Shown one piece after another: positions 45,692 through 56,099 of a DNA stretch of 64,000 bases. Each line of letters starts with the position of its first letter. Position 1 is the first letter of the stretch. The translations under genes were made by a program, and so were the position numbers. Below the pieces are notes generated by a model. The model saw only the letters and a program-made list of their open reading frames with translations. It searched no databases and was not told the origin of the DNA. Source of the stretch: Planctomycetota bacterium (GTDB lineage Bacteria; Planctomycetota; UBA8108; SXIK01); the NCBI GenBank assembly GCA_965223845.1, contig CBDCXR010000004.1, forward strand, positions 3,456,001-3,520,000. The letters run 5' to 3'.

Positions 45692-48105
45692 CAGTGGAGC
45701 CTCCAGTACTTGCGGAGGACCCATTCCACGATGAGGAGCACGCAGAAGAGTCCCAACACGAGCGGCGAGTCCCACAGGGTCGACGCTGCCTTTCCGACCA
45801 CTTCGGTGACCGTGCGCTCCGGGATCACCCGACTGAGCTCGTCGATGTCCTGTAACCCCAGGAAGCGCCCGCCGGTCCGCTCCGCGATCTCCCTCAAAGT
45901 ATAGAGGTCCGGCGACGGATCCTCCATTTCCGCGGTCATCCGAACGACCCGGATCGCGGCCTCCGCTCCCGCTTCCGTCCGCAGGGAGTACTCACCTGCG
46001 GCGCTCGCCGCCAGCACACCGCGGTACCAGCCCGCGCGGCCATCGACCGGCGCGAGCTCGATGCGATCGGGAGGAGGACGCTCACGGGCGGAGCGCGTTT
46101 CGGCGCTCGCTGCCGTCGTCGCTTCGAGCGCGCCCCCCGGCGGAGTGCCGACCACGAGCGGCTCGAACTCGATCTCGAGGGCGAGAGACGACTTGACGAC
46201 CGGCTTGCGCTGATGATCGAGCAAGCTCGCTTCGACGATAACGTCATCGCCGAGATCGTAGCGATCGCGGTCGACGTGAAGCGTTCCGTCCTGATTTCCG
46301 GCGAGCTTTCGACCGAGCGCGAGGAAACGCGCCACGCCCGCCCAGAACCTCTCGTGGAGATCGTCGCGACGACCGGCCTGCCAGCGCCAGAGATCGTCCG
46401 TGCCGATGAAGATCGAGTAACCGGTGCCCGCCCTCTGCACGGCGAGGGCGATCGTCCCCTCCGGTCCGTCGAGGAGGGAAATCGCGGCCGGCCGCAGCTT
46501 CGTCGCTCCCGCGAAGTAGTAGAAGCCGGGAAGTCGCTGCCAAAGTTCTGTGTTTTCTTCGACGTCGTCGACGAGCTGACAGAGCGGATGCGCGGCGCCC
46601 TGCGGAGTCATCGTCGGTCGCCAAGCGCGCTCGTAATAGGTCTGGCGATGCCAGCCACCGCGCGACGAACGAAAGTCGACCGGAAGAAGCGCGGCGAACT
46701 CCGCGAGCTCTCCGGGCGCCGTGTTGTTCTCGCCGGCGACGTACGCGAGTCCAGTCCCACGCTCGACAACGAGTTTCCGGAGGGCTTTTGCGAACGCCGG
46801 CGTGAGCACGGACGACGGCGGATCCAGAAGGATCACCACATCGTAGCCGCGCAGCTCGTTCACCGTCTGCGGCAAGCGTTCGACGACTATGTCGCCGTCC
46901 TGCTCGACGTTCGGGGACGCTGAATCGAGCCAGATGGAGGTCTGCAAACCTTCGTCGCGGAGAAGGAAATTCCGGAGAAAGCGGTACTCGTTCGTGGGAC
47001 TCCCCGCGACGAGGAGCACGCGGCTCGACTCGTCGGTCACGACGACTCGCACCGTACGGTGATTGTCCCGCACGCTCGTCTCATCGCGATGCCGCGTAGT
47101 CTCCACCGTGTAGTAGTACGCGCCTTTTCGCTCGAGGTTGTCGTAGAAGGTGAGTGCTTCGTCGGTCGCCCCGTCTACGAGAGAGAGGAGCCGCGTCTCC
47201 ACCGTCGAGGACCGGCGTTCTCCAGCGGCGATTCGCTTGAGGACCACCTTGATCCGGCGCTGCTTGCCGAGACCGTTTGCTTCGACGCGCGCATCGATTC
47301 GGATCGGAAATCCCTCGGCCGCGGTCTCGGGAGCAACGAGCTTCTTGACGGCGATGTTCTTCGGAACACGGCGCTTGCCGATCGCGACGGTGTGCACGGG
47401 GATCCCCCGCGCGACGAGATCGGCGGTCGCTTGCTCCCACGGCGCGCCTCCGGTCGGACGGCCGTCGGAAACGACGACGACTCCGGCGACCGGGTCGTGG
47501 CCGGTTTCACCGAGGACGCCTAGGAGCGCGTCGCCGATGTGCGTTCCGTCGGCGGTCGCGGACGGCTTCTCCAACGCGTTGAGATCGGGAGCCGCTCGCA
47601 ACTCGCGGTCGAACGCGAAGGGGCGCACTCGGTTGCTCTGCTCGAGCTCTTCGATGAGCCCCGTGTTTTCGACCGCGGCGCCGACGAGCTCGATCCGCGA
47701 TTTGGGTCGAAAGAGACTGACTCCCGTGACCTCCTCGATCTCGTATCGGGTGTCGCCGTCGAGGGCGTCCTTCTCCCCCATGCTGCGCGACGCGTCGAAG
47801 AGGACGAACGTCTGTCCCCGGCGCTCCAATCGAATCTCGGTGAAGAGCTGGGGATTGAGGAGCATGAGGAGAACGACGGCCAGCGCGGCGATACGGATCG
47901 CCCCGAGCAGCACGCGCCGGCGAACGGGTAGATCGCGCTCCGCCCGATAGAGAACGACGATGAGCGCGATCGCGGCGAGCGCGATCGTTCCCGCCGTCCA
48001 CGCGGCGTTCCCGAACGGAATGCCGGGGAAGTCGAGACGGGTCGTCGCCCCGTCGGGAACCTCGGTCGAATCGAGCCCGAAAAGCCACTGAAGCCACCCG
48101 CTCAT
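45691..48105 (-). CDS. Membrane protein with VWA and glutamine-amidotransferase-like domains
   Basis: Two N-terminal TMs, MIDAS DASRS..VVSDG, RVLLVAGSPTNEYRFLRN, YDVVILLD, DDLWRW, C-terminal LWD..EWVLRK; ATGA overlap. Confidence 0.85.
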   Translation of the reverse strand: MSGWLQWLFGLDSTEVPDGATTRLDFPGIPFGNAAWTAGTIALAAIALIVVLYRAERDLPVRRRVLLGAIRIAALAVVLLMLLNPQLFTEIRLERRGQTFVLFDASRSMGEKDALDGDTRYEIEEVTGVSLFRPKSRIELVGAAVENTGLIEELEQSNRVRPFAFDRELRAAPDLNALEKPSATADGTHIGDALLGVLGETGHDPVAGVVVVSDGRPTGGAPWEQATADLVARGIPVHTVAIGKRRVPKNIAVKKLVAPETAAEGFPIRIDARVEANGLGKQRRIKVVLKRIAAGERRSSTVETRLLSLVDGATDEALTFYDNLERKGAYYYTVETTRHRDETSVRDNHRTVRVVVTDESSRVLLVAGSPTNEYRFLRNFLLRDEGLQTSIWLDSASPNVEQDGDIVVERLPQTVNELRGYDVVILLDPPSSVLTPAFAKALRKLVVERGTGLAYVAGENNTAPGELAEFAALLPVDFRSSRGGWHRQTYYERAWRPTMTPQGAAHPLCQLVDDVEENTELWQRLPGFYYFAGATKLRPAAISLLDGPEGTIALAVQRAGTGYSIFIGTDDLWRWQAGRRDDLHERFWAGVARFLALGRKLAGNQDGTLHVDRDRYDLGDDVIVEASLLDHQRKPVVKSSLALEIEFEPLVVGTPPGGALEATTAASAETRSARERPPPDRIELAPVDGRAGWYRGVLAASAAGEYSLRTEAGAEAAIRVVRMTAEMEDPSPDLYTLREIAERTGGRFLGLQDIDELSRVIPERTVTEVVGKAASTLWDSPLVLGLFCVLLIVEWVLRKYWRLH

Positions 48106-50525
48106 GCGCCTCGCCTCCCGAGCCACCATGCGAAGAGAAGCTCGGCGAGGAGCACGATTCCCGCGGCCGTCGCGAGCCACCGCCACACCTCGCCACCGGA
48201 CTCTCCGACCCTGAGACCACCACCTTCCGACTCGGTCACCGAAACGCGCATGCCGAGGCTCTCGAGCTCTGGGCGCAGTGAGTCGAGAGGATCGGGGTCG
48301 AGTCTGCTCTCGTCCGGGTCTCGCGTACAGGCGAACGCAATCGGCGCGAGCGCGCTCTCGTCGACTACGGCACCTTCGACGCTCCGCGATGGGACGATCC
48401 AGTAGATCCCCGCGCGATACGTCTCGCGAAAGTAGAGATAGCGTCCATTCACGGAGATCGCAGACTGCGAGTCGGGCGCGGTCGGATCGAAGCGGAACGC
48501 CTCGCCGTCCGGCGTGCGCACGGTGTACGCGAGCCCCGGCGCCCACGGCCACGCGAGAACGCCGCCCGCCGTGACCGTCCGCTCGTCTCCCATGCGCGGT
48601 GCGAGATACCTTGCCCACTCCTGCATCACGATCGGAAAGCTCGGATCGGCGGGCCAGTCGTTCCAGTCGCGGTCCGCGGTGAGGTTGAAGAGGACCACCT
48701 TCCCCGCCGCCCGGCGCCGCACGGGGTCCGGCGTTTCGCTCGGAGCGGCATCCGTCGTCGCTTCGTCCTCGCCGGCGATCGACTGCAGCTCCACGATCGC
48801 GGGCGTATTCGCCGGGTCGTCGAAGCGCGCGACGACGAGAGCTCCGTCCACCGGCTCGAGCGTGAACAATCGGTCGAAGCCGACCTGCTCGATCGACGAG
48901 CCCTCGACTCCGCGAAACGCTTCGAACGCCGCGTGTCGAACATCCGAAATGCGCAGATGAGCCCGCTCCTTCGGCGAAGTTGCCGAGAGGATCTTCGCGG
49001 GGAAAAGGCGAAGCTCGGCGTCGCTCGACGCCGGGGCCGACGCCTCCGATCGCAGACCCGCGAGCGCGGCGTAGCGCTCCGGCTCGACCCGGTTGCCGAC
49101 GAAATACCCGAGGCCGCCGCCCTGCCGCACGAAACGCCGGAGGACTCCGACCTCGTCCGTGCTGATCCCGGACCGGTTGAGCACGAGGACGACGTCGCGG
49201 TCGCGGGTGAGCTCGGCGGTGATCTCACCCGTCGTCCGCTCGACGAGTACACCGGACGGAAACGGTCCCCGCGGCGCGAGGGCGGCGGCGAGATGGCCCG
49301 AGTCGCTCTCGAAACGATCGCCGCGCGCGTCGCCATCGACGAGAAGCACGCGAATCCCCTTCCGCACGCGAACTACGCCGAAGCTCCGGTCGTCGATCGG
49401 GAGTCGATCCACGGCTCCCTCGATCATCGCGGTGAGCGGGTATTCACCAGACGCATCGAACTCGACGACGGCTTCGGTCGTCACCGAGCTCCCGGCGGCG
49501 AGGAGCGGGATCTCGTTCAGCGCCACGCGACGCGGCGGTGTTGCCGCCTGTACACCCCGACTCGTTGGCTCGGGAGAGCCGATCTCGACCGCGCCACGCA
49601 GGTTTCGACGTTCGTCCGGGCCGTGATTCACGACCTCGACGAGAATCCGCACCGGCGCGCCGACGGCCGGGAGATCGGTCGCGACGCGGACGGCGGTCAC
49701 CGCGAGGTTCTCGCTCGACGGTCTGCCCACGTCGACGAGGCGCCAGTCGATGCGCTCGAGGATCTCGTCGTTCTCGAAGTTAGCGATCGATGCCGCGATC
49801 TCGGGACGGAGAGCTCCCGCGGAGTCGCGCCAGTCGCTCGACCGGAAGTCACTGATCAAGACGACGGATCGGAGAAGCGGCTTCTCGCGTCCCGTGAATC
49901 GCTCCCGCAAGCGCTCGAAGAGTCGCCCCACGCTCAGGCTCGCGTCGAGAGATCGCATCCGCCGGAGCCCGGTGAGGACTTCCGAGGCGCGCGCGGCATA
50001 CACGGCGAGTGCGCTCTCGCTCGGGGGTGACGGCTCGCCCGCGTCGCCGGTCGAACCGTTCGCGTCCGTCTCGTCTGCCGCGCGCTCCAGTCGGTGGAGC
50101 TGCTCACCGCGAGTGCCCTGCCAGACGGTGAGACCCATGCCGCGGCCGATCGCTTCCTCGACGTAGCTCTGCGCCGACGCCTGCGCCGCAACGAACGGGA
50201 TTCCCGCGCCGCCGCTCGCCTCCATGCTGAAGGAATCGTCGACGACGACGTGTCGCTCGTCCTCCCGGTGGCCGACGAACCCCTGAAGAACGGGGCGCGC
50301 GACGGCGAACACGAGGAGCGCGAGGAGCAGCATACGCAGGAAGAGGAGAAGCAAATCCTCGACCTGGATGCGCCGGCGGTTCTTCGACTCCGCCTGAAGC
50401 AGGAAGTCCATCGCCGCCCAATCGACGATCTGAAACCGTCGTTTGTTGAGGAGATGGATGATGATCGGCGCCGACAGGGCGGCGAGACCGCCGAGCATCC
50501 ACGGGTTGACGAAGAGCTCGGCCAT
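48102..50525 (-). CDS. BatA domain + VWA membrane protein
   Basis: FVNPWMLGGLAALSAPIIIHLLN..WAAMDFL..ARP (BatA), MIDAS DDSFS, ISD, WNDWP..PSF, C-terminal TM. Confidence 0.9.
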   Translation of the reverse strand: MAELFVNPWMLGGLAALSAPIIIHLLNKRRFQIVDWAAMDFLLQAESKNRRRIQVEDLLLLFLRMLLLALLVFAVARPVLQGFVGHREDERHVVVDDSFSMEASGGAGIPFVAAQASAQSYVEEAIGRGMGLTVWQGTRGEQLHRLERAADETDANGSTGDAGEPSPPSESALAVYAARASEVLTGLRRMRSLDASLSVGRLFERLRERFTGREKPLLRSVVLISDFRSSDWRDSAGALRPEIAASIANFENDEILERIDWRLVDVGRPSSENLAVTAVRVATDLPAVGAPVRILVEVVNHGPDERRNLRGAVEIGSPEPTSRGVQAATPPRRVALNEIPLLAAGSSVTTEAVVEFDASGEYPLTAMIEGAVDRLPIDDRSFGVVRVRKGIRVLLVDGDARGDRFESDSGHLAAALAPRGPFPSGVLVERTTGEITAELTRDRDVVLVLNRSGISTDEVGVLRRFVRQGGGLGYFVGNRVEPERYAALAGLRSEASAPASSDAELRLFPAKILSATSPKERAHLRISDVRHAAFEAFRGVEGSSIEQVGFDRLFTLEPVDGALVVARFDDPANTPAIVELQSIAGEDEATTDAAPSETPDPVRRRAAGKVVLFNLTADRDWNDWPADPSFPIVMQEWARYLAPRMGDERTVTAGGVLAWPWAPGLAYTVRTPDGEAFRFDPTAPDSQSAISVNGRYLYFRETYRAGIYWIVPSRSVEGAVVDESALAPIAFACTRDPDESRLDPDPLDSLRPELESLGMRVSVTESEGGGLRVGESGGEVWRWLATAAGIVLLAELLFAWWLGRRGA

Positions 50526-51445
50526 CAGGACGTCGACCCCCGTCGGACGATCGATTTGCTCCTCGCGCGCGCGGCGAGCGCCGACGCGAGGATCGGTGCG
50601 ATGGGTTCGTCCGTCGAGAGCGGAACGAAATCGTACGCGACGGCCTCGGTCTTCTTCCGGAGCCCCTCGCAGTGCGCTTCGAGAAGCTCGAGGTAGCGAT
50701 CGCGCAGACGGCGCGGCTCGGTGAGGAGCTCGTCGCTCGTCTCGAGTCCGCGAAACAGTACGTTGGCGCCGAAGGGAAACGTTCTCTCGGCCGCATCCAG
50801 CGTCTGGATCACCATCGCATCGTGGCCGCGGACGTGAAGAAAATCGATCGCGGCGCTCAGCTCATCGAGCGAGACGAAGAAGTCCGAAATCAGGAGGAAG
50901 AGACAGCGGCGCGGGACGTCGTGCGCGATCTTCTCGAGGATCGGGGTCAGATTCGTCTTCCCCTGGGGCTCGGCACCGACGAGCTGGCGCGCGACGTTCG
51001 CGATCGTCACGCGCTTCGCGCTCGGGGGGACGAACGCGCGCACTTCGGTATCGAAGAGTGCGCACGCGATCGAATCGCGCTGCCGGCTGAGCAGATAACC
51101 GAGCGCCGATGCGGTGTACGCCGCGAGCTCGAACTTCGTCTGGGCGCCGGACCCGTAGGTCATCGAGGCACTCACATCGACCATGAGAACCGCGGTGATG
51201 TTGGTCTCCTCCTCGTACCGCTTGATGTAGTAGCGATCCATCCGTCCGAGCACCTTCCAGTCGAGATGACGGAGGTCGTCGCCGGCGACGTATTCGCGGT
51301 GCTCCGTGAACTCCACGCTGTACCCGTGCCGGTTGCTGCGGTTGCGGCCGGCGAGAAACCCGTTCACCAGACGGCGAGCCATCAGCTCGTGCCGACTGAT
51401 GCGGGCGATCAAATCAGCGTCGAAGAATCCGGCTCGTCGCGCCAT
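50525..51445 (-). CDS. DUF58 domain protein
   Basis: GYSVEFTEHREYVAGDDLRHLDWK, KRYEEET, DVSASM, ISDF. Confidence 0.93.
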   Translation of the reverse strand: MARRAGFFDADLIARISRHELMARRLVNGFLAGRNRSNRHGYSVEFTEHREYVAGDDLRHLDWKVLGRMDRYYIKRYEEETNITAVLMVDVSASMTYGSGAQTKFELAAYTASALGYLLSRQRDSIACALFDTEVRAFVPPSAKRVTIANVARQLVGAEPQGKTNLTPILEKIAHDVPRRCLFLLISDFFVSLDELSAAIDFLHVRGHDAMVIQTLDAAERTFPFGANVLFRGLETSDELLTEPRRLRDRYLELLEAHCEGLRKKTEAVAYDFVPLSTDEPIAPILASALAARARSKSIVRRGSTS

Positions 51446-52505
51446 CGTATGTCACGGGGTGGGAGAAAGCGGGAGTATCGAGGAGAAGGCGGCAGACGAT
51501 GTCGTCCGCCGTGAGTCCTTCGCCCTCGGCGTGAAAGCTCGGAATGATGCGATGGCGAAGCGCGGGCAGGGCGACGTCGCGCACATCCCCGCGAGTCACC
51601 GCGTACCGGCCAGCGAGAAGAGTTTTCGCCTTCGCGGCGAGAAGAAGCGACTGCACGGCGCGCGGTCCCGCGCCCCAGGCGATCTTCTCCGTGACCCAAC
51701 GGCTCGCGCTCTCCTCCGGACGCGACGCGCGCACGAGTCGCACGGCGTACTCGGTGACGTGTCGCGAAACCCGGAGTGCACGAACGACGCGCTGCATACC
51801 CAGAATATCGCCCTGCGAAATCACCGGGTTCGGCGTCTCCGGTCGACCCGTCGTCGTTCGGCGAACGATCTCGACCTCTTCGTCGTGGCCGGGGTAGTCG
51901 ACGAGGATCTTGAGGAGAAAACGGTCGAGCTGCGCTTCGGGGAGCGTGTACGTCCCCTCTTGCTCGATCGGATTCTGCGTCGCGAGCACAAAAAACGGAT
52001 CGGGTAGCTCGTAGGCGTGACCCGCGACGGTTACGCGGCGCTCCGCCGTCGCTTCGAGAAGCGCCGCCTGCGTCTTCGGTGGGGTTCGATTGATCTCGTC
52101 CGCGAGGAGGACGTTGACGAACACCGGACCCTTTTGAAACTGAAACTGCCGGTGTCCCGTCGACCGGTTCTCACTGATCACCTGCGTGCCCGTGATGTCC
52201 GCCGGCATGAGATCGGGCGTGAATTGAATTCGCCCGAACTCGAGCGAGAGCGACGACGAGAGCGCGTGGATGAGAAGCGTTTTCGCGAGTCCCGGAACGC
52301 CCTCGAGGATGCAGTGTCCCCCCGCGAGGAGAGTGATCAAGATTTCGTCGATCACGCGATCTTGGCCGACGATCAGCTTCGCGACTTCCGTCCGAATGCG
52401 CTTCGCCTTGTCCTCGAATTGCTCCGCGATGAACTCGCTCGATATCCCGGGCGCGGACGGCGCGCGGCTCGAGAGCGGGAGTTTGCGGGCGGGGCGGTCG
52501 GTCAT
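51414..52505 (-). CDS. moxR: MoxR family AAA+ ATPase
   Basis: GVPGLAKT, RIQFTPDLMPAD, LADEINRTPPKTQAALLEA, ATQNPIEQEGTYTLPEAQLDRF. Confidence 0.95.
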   Translation of the reverse strand: MTDRPARKLPLSSRAPSAPGISSEFIAEQFEDKAKRIRTEVAKLIVGQDRVIDEILITLLAGGHCILEGVPGLAKTLLIHALSSSLSLEFGRIQFTPDLMPADITGTQVISENRSTGHRQFQFQKGPVFVNVLLADEINRTPPKTQAALLEATAERRVTVAGHAYELPDPFFVLATQNPIEQEGTYTLPEAQLDRFLLKILVDYPGHDEEVEIVRRTTTGRPETPNPVISQGDILGMQRVVRALRVSRHVTEYAVRLVRASRPEESASRWVTEKIAWGAGPRAVQSLLLAAKAKTLLAGRYAVTRGDVRDVALPALRHRIIPSFHAEGEGLTADDIVCRLLLDTPAFSHPVTYDGATSRILRR

Positions 52506-52590
52506 CGCATCACGCGGGGGCTGAGTCGGAGGGACAAGGTTCGGGTCATCGGCGCGGGCGGGAGCGCGACGCGCGCGGGCGGCGCAGTCG

Positions 52591-53763
52591 TCAACGCTGG
52601 AACGCGGGCAGGCGCTGGTAGGGGATCTGAAGGATGAGGAGCGCGATCGCCGTCGAATAGATCACGCCGTAATCGCTCGTGTCATCACCGTAAAAGCTCC
52701 CGTCGGAGTTCTGAACCGCCGTGAGATACCGCGAGATGTCGCGGTAGTGCCGTTCCCAGCGCGGACCACCGCGGAGCCAAATGGCTTGCGCGAGATAGTA
52801 CTCGATGTACTCACCGTGGTTCTCGTTGCTCCAAATGTGTCCGGTGTCGGGAGCGATGTTGTTCTCGACAAAGCTGCGGATCGCCCGCATCTCGAGCGAG
52901 TCGTACTGCCCGGCGTGCCAGAGCGCGACGACCGCGGCACAGGTGACTCCGGCGCGGAACCGGTTGCTGCGAACGCGATACATCACGCGGCCGTCCGAGC
53001 GGGTCGAGTCGCGGATGTACTGGACACCACGGTCGATCATCCCGCGTTGGACGTGAAGCCCGACGTCGCGACACGCCCGGAGTCCGGTGAGCTCCGTCAC
53101 GACGAGCGTGCCTTCGTCTTCGTAATGATTCGGCACGTAGCCCCATCCGCCCTCCGGCGTCTGACTCCTCTCGAGGAGACGCACTCCCCGCTCGAGAGTC
53201 CGCTCGATACGACGCCGGCGATCCGGACGCCCTTCCTGCCCGTACACGGTGCTCAGAAACGTCATTCCGAACGCGTGCGAGTACATCGTTCGCTCCTCGC
53301 GCGTATCGGAGTCGGTGATGAGCCCGTTCGACTGCGACGAACTCACGAGGTACTCGGTAATCTCGCTGAGGACCTTCGCGTGCGGACCACGCGTCGGTGT
53401 GCTGCCGTTGGCAAGGAGAACGAGCCCGACGAGTGCGGTGTTTGCACACGGGTACCGGCCGCGTCGCGGACGCGAGCGGTTGCGCCACACTCCGCTCCCG
53501 TCGCGCACCCCGAGGAGGTAGCGGATGCCGCGGTCGATCGATCGCTCGACCGCCGGGGAAACGACCTTCGGGCCCTCCGTGCGAGGAACGAGTCCGTCGC
53601 GGGCCGAAGCTGAGCTCGACCCGCCGAGAGGCGCCGCGGTAACGAGCAGCGCGAGACTCGTCGCGATCGCACGTGTCGACGCACGCCGCACCGGAAGACC
53701 TCTCCCCCGTCGGGCGGAGCCACATTGGCGGGAGCGGGTCCCGCTCGAGACTGCGTTCTTCAC
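52591..53763 (-). CDS. Prenyltransferase/squalene-cyclase repeat (alpha/alpha toroid) secreted protein
   Basis: RGIRYL..GSGVW, SQSNGLI, MYSHAF, SQTPEGGWGY, QNSDGSF QW-like repeats; signal-like segment. Start uncertain. Confidence 0.82.
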   Translation of the reverse strand: MKNAVSSGTRSRQCGSARRGRGLPVRRASTRAIATSLALLVTAAPLGGSSSASARDGLVPRTEGPKVVSPAVERSIDRGIRYLLGVRDGSGVWRNRSRPRRGRYPCANTALVGLVLLANGSTPTRGPHAKVLSEITEYLVSSSQSNGLITDSDTREERTMYSHAFGMTFLSTVYGQEGRPDRRRRIERTLERGVRLLERSQTPEGGWGYVPNHYEDEGTLVVTELTGLRACRDVGLHVQRGMIDRGVQYIRDSTRSDGRVMYRVRSNRFRAGVTCAAVVALWHAGQYDSLEMRAIRSFVENNIAPDTGHIWSNENHGEYIEYYLAQAIWLRGGPRWERHYRDISRYLTAVQNSDGSFYGDDTSDYGVIYSTAIALLILQIPYQRLPAFQR

Positions 53764-53900
53764 AGATTCCTCACGCCCACGGGGAAACTCGGCGACTCGC
53801 GCGCGGACTCATCCTTACAGTGTTCGAGTCGCTTCTCAATGTCGGACTTTCAGTGAAATCCGTGCGCGCGCGAGCCGCCGTGCGAGACGCCCGCTCGGCG

Positions 53901-56099
53901 CTACTGGCACGGCGAGGCTTCGCACCCGAGATCCGCGACCCCGAAATCGCAGCTCGGGAACGGGGGAGGCGGAGGCGGACCGGTCCCGAACAATCGGTTG
54001 AGGAGATAGATGGGGTCGGCGATGTTCACGGCCGCGTCGTCGTTCGCGTCCTCGGCGTCACGGCAGCCGGACGGGGCGCCGTCGCCGAAGAGGCCGTTCA
54101 GCGTGAAGATCGGGTCGGCAATATTGAATTGCGTGTCGGAATTGGAGTCTCCGCGAAGGAATCTCAGGTCGACGTGAGTCGATGCGAGCTGAACCGTCAC
54201 TTCTTCCGGCCCGCCGGGAATCTCCGCCCCGAACTCGTCGACGAATCCGAGCCGGAAGTTGTGATCGCCGCCGCCCTCGAACACCTTGACGACGATCGTA
54301 TGGAACCCCGCCGAAAGGTCGACGTCGCGCAGGTTTTCGAACGCGTCCGGCGTATCTTGATAGCTCCGGCCCTGCGCGCCGCGCGCAACCGCGTTTAGGT
54401 GGAGAGTCTCGCCGTCGAGGAGCACGTGCACCGCGTCGTCACTCGAAACCCCGAAGTTGACGACGATGTCGTCGGAGACCTCGAGGTACGTCACGGCGTA
54501 GCACATCACTTCGTCGACGTCGCCGTAGACGGCTTCGAAGTCGATGCGATCATCGTCGTCGTCGAGATCGCGCCATTCGATCCACGTCGGCGTGTCGTCG
54601 GGATTGCGCCCGAACGCGTCCGCGGCGAGCCCGCTGCTCGCCGCCTCTCCGGCATAGTCGGGAAAAATGGTCTCGCCGGCGGACGGCTGGATCTCCGACT
54701 CGACGATCTCCCCGTCGGCGAGGTAGTCCTTCACGATCTCTTCCTCGCCGGGGTTCGCCCCCCCGACCACGCGCGTAAACGGCCCGAGAACGAGCCAGTG
54801 CTGGATCGACCCGAAGTCGCTAATCGGTGCGGACGCGGCGGCGTCGACCGCGCGGGCGGGGCCGTTCGCCGAGAAGACGAAGTCGCTCCCTTCCTCGCTC
54901 ACGGCCCCCTCGAAGCGCGCGAGCCCGGTTCCGCCGGCCGTCACCCGGTAACTGAGGCTTCGTTCGTCGCCCGTGAGATCGACGGTCCACGCGATCGCGC
55001 CGCCGTCGACCGTCGCGTTTCCGCTCACGATCTCGACGCTCTCCCAGCCATCGGGGACACGCTCGGTCACTAGAACCGTCCCGGCCGCGTCGCACCCGTC
55101 GCCGGCGGCTCGCGGGTCCGAGAGCTCGAGCGTGACTTCGTAGGTTCCACCGTCTTCGTAAAACGCGGTCGGCGCGCCTTCGATCGCGATCGCATCGCCC
55201 CAGAGCGTCCGCGTCAGAGTCGCCGGCGCCACCGAGCAGCCCTCCCCGGCGACGATGGTCACGTCATCGATGAACGCCATCCCCTCGAACGGCCGCGGCT
55301 CGATATCGAAATTGAGCCCGAAGAAGAGACCGGCATTCGCTTCCGGCGCGAGCGTCTCTTCGGTGTGCTGAAGTCCGTCCTCGTCGACTACCGCGAGCTG
55401 AGGTGTGTCCGGCGGGTCGTCGCCGTCGGGCCAAATCGCCGCCGTGATGGTGACGGGGCCGCCGTCGTCGTCACCCAGCGTCCCGATCTCGAGCCAATAC
55501 TCTTCGCCCGCGACGAGCGGGAAGTCGGGAACGGCGAACGCGAACCCGCCCGCATCCCCTCCCGGCCACTCGGGGTGGTCGACCTGGTCGTGGCACGCAG
55601 TGAACTCCGAGATCGCGAGGAAGCCATCGGGAAAGAGCGGATCGACCTGCTCGAGGACCACTGAAACCTGGTAGCTCCGCTCGAGGCTCGAGTCGATCGC
55701 GTCTTGGTCTTCGAGGAATCCGATCCGCGAGCGCACCGACGCGCTGAGCTGGGTGACCGTCTCGAGGACGATCCGGGCTCGCATCTTGTAGTCGCGCTCG
55801 GTGAGCATGTCTTCGACGACCTCGGCGCGGAGCATGAACATGCCGATCCCGAACGCGTTGTCGGTCGTGAGCACCACTTCGCCGTCATCGACCATCGCCG
55901 TTCCGGTCGGGAGTTGGTCGCCGCAGAGCTCAACTCCGATCGGGAGGTAGAAGTCGCCGAGATCGCCGTCTTCGAAATCGTAGGAGAGCAGTGTCTCTTG
56001 CGCGGAGGCGACGGAGCCTCCGGCGAGAACGCCCGCCAACAGCCCCGCCGTAAGCACCAGCCCACCGAGGGCGCGAGCGCAACGCAGTCGCTGCGACAT
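53901..56099 (-). CDS. Secreted acidic protein: lectin-like, Ig-like and PA14-like domains with C-terminal dockerin-like module
   Basis: AAAGGAG RBS, signal peptide, VTERVPDGW..LSYRV, GVSSDDAVHVLLDG..VKVFEGGG, FLRGDSNSD..NIADP..DANDD. Confidence 0.8.
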   Translation of the reverse strand: MSQRLRCARALGGLVLTAGLLAGVLAGGSVASAQETLLSYDFEDGDLGDFYLPIGVELCGDQLPTGTAMVDDGEVVLTTDNAFGIGMFMLRAEVVEDMLTERDYKMRARIVLETVTQLSASVRSRIGFLEDQDAIDSSLERSYQVSVVLEQVDPLFPDGFLAISEFTACHDQVDHPEWPGGDAGGFAFAVPDFPLVAGEEYWLEIGTLGDDDGGPVTITAAIWPDGDDPPDTPQLAVVDEDGLQHTEETLAPEANAGLFFGLNFDIEPRPFEGMAFIDDVTIVAGEGCSVAPATLTRTLWGDAIAIEGAPTAFYEDGGTYEVTLELSDPRAAGDGCDAAGTVLVTERVPDGWESVEIVSGNATVDGGAIAWTVDLTGDERSLSYRVTAGGTGLARFEGAVSEEGSDFVFSANGPARAVDAAASAPISDFGSIQHWLVLGPFTRVVGGANPGEEEIVKDYLADGEIVESEIQPSAGETIFPDYAGEAASSGLAADAFGRNPDDTPTWIEWRDLDDDDDRIDFEAVYGDVDEVMCYAVTYLEVSDDIVVNFGVSSDDAVHVLLDGETLHLNAVARGAQGRSYQDTPDAFENLRDVDLSAGFHTIVVKVFEGGGDHNFRLGFVDEFGAEIPGGPEEVTVQLASTHVDLRFLRGDSNSDTQFNIADPIFTLNGLFGDGAPSGCRDAEDANDDAAVNIADPIYLLNRLFGTGPPPPPPFPSCDFGVADLGCEASPCQ

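Noticed and set aside
48106-48618. Extended start of the VWA/GATase-like ORF (975 aa)
   Set aside because: Overlaps the BatA gene; the ATGA-coupled start at 48105 is more plausible
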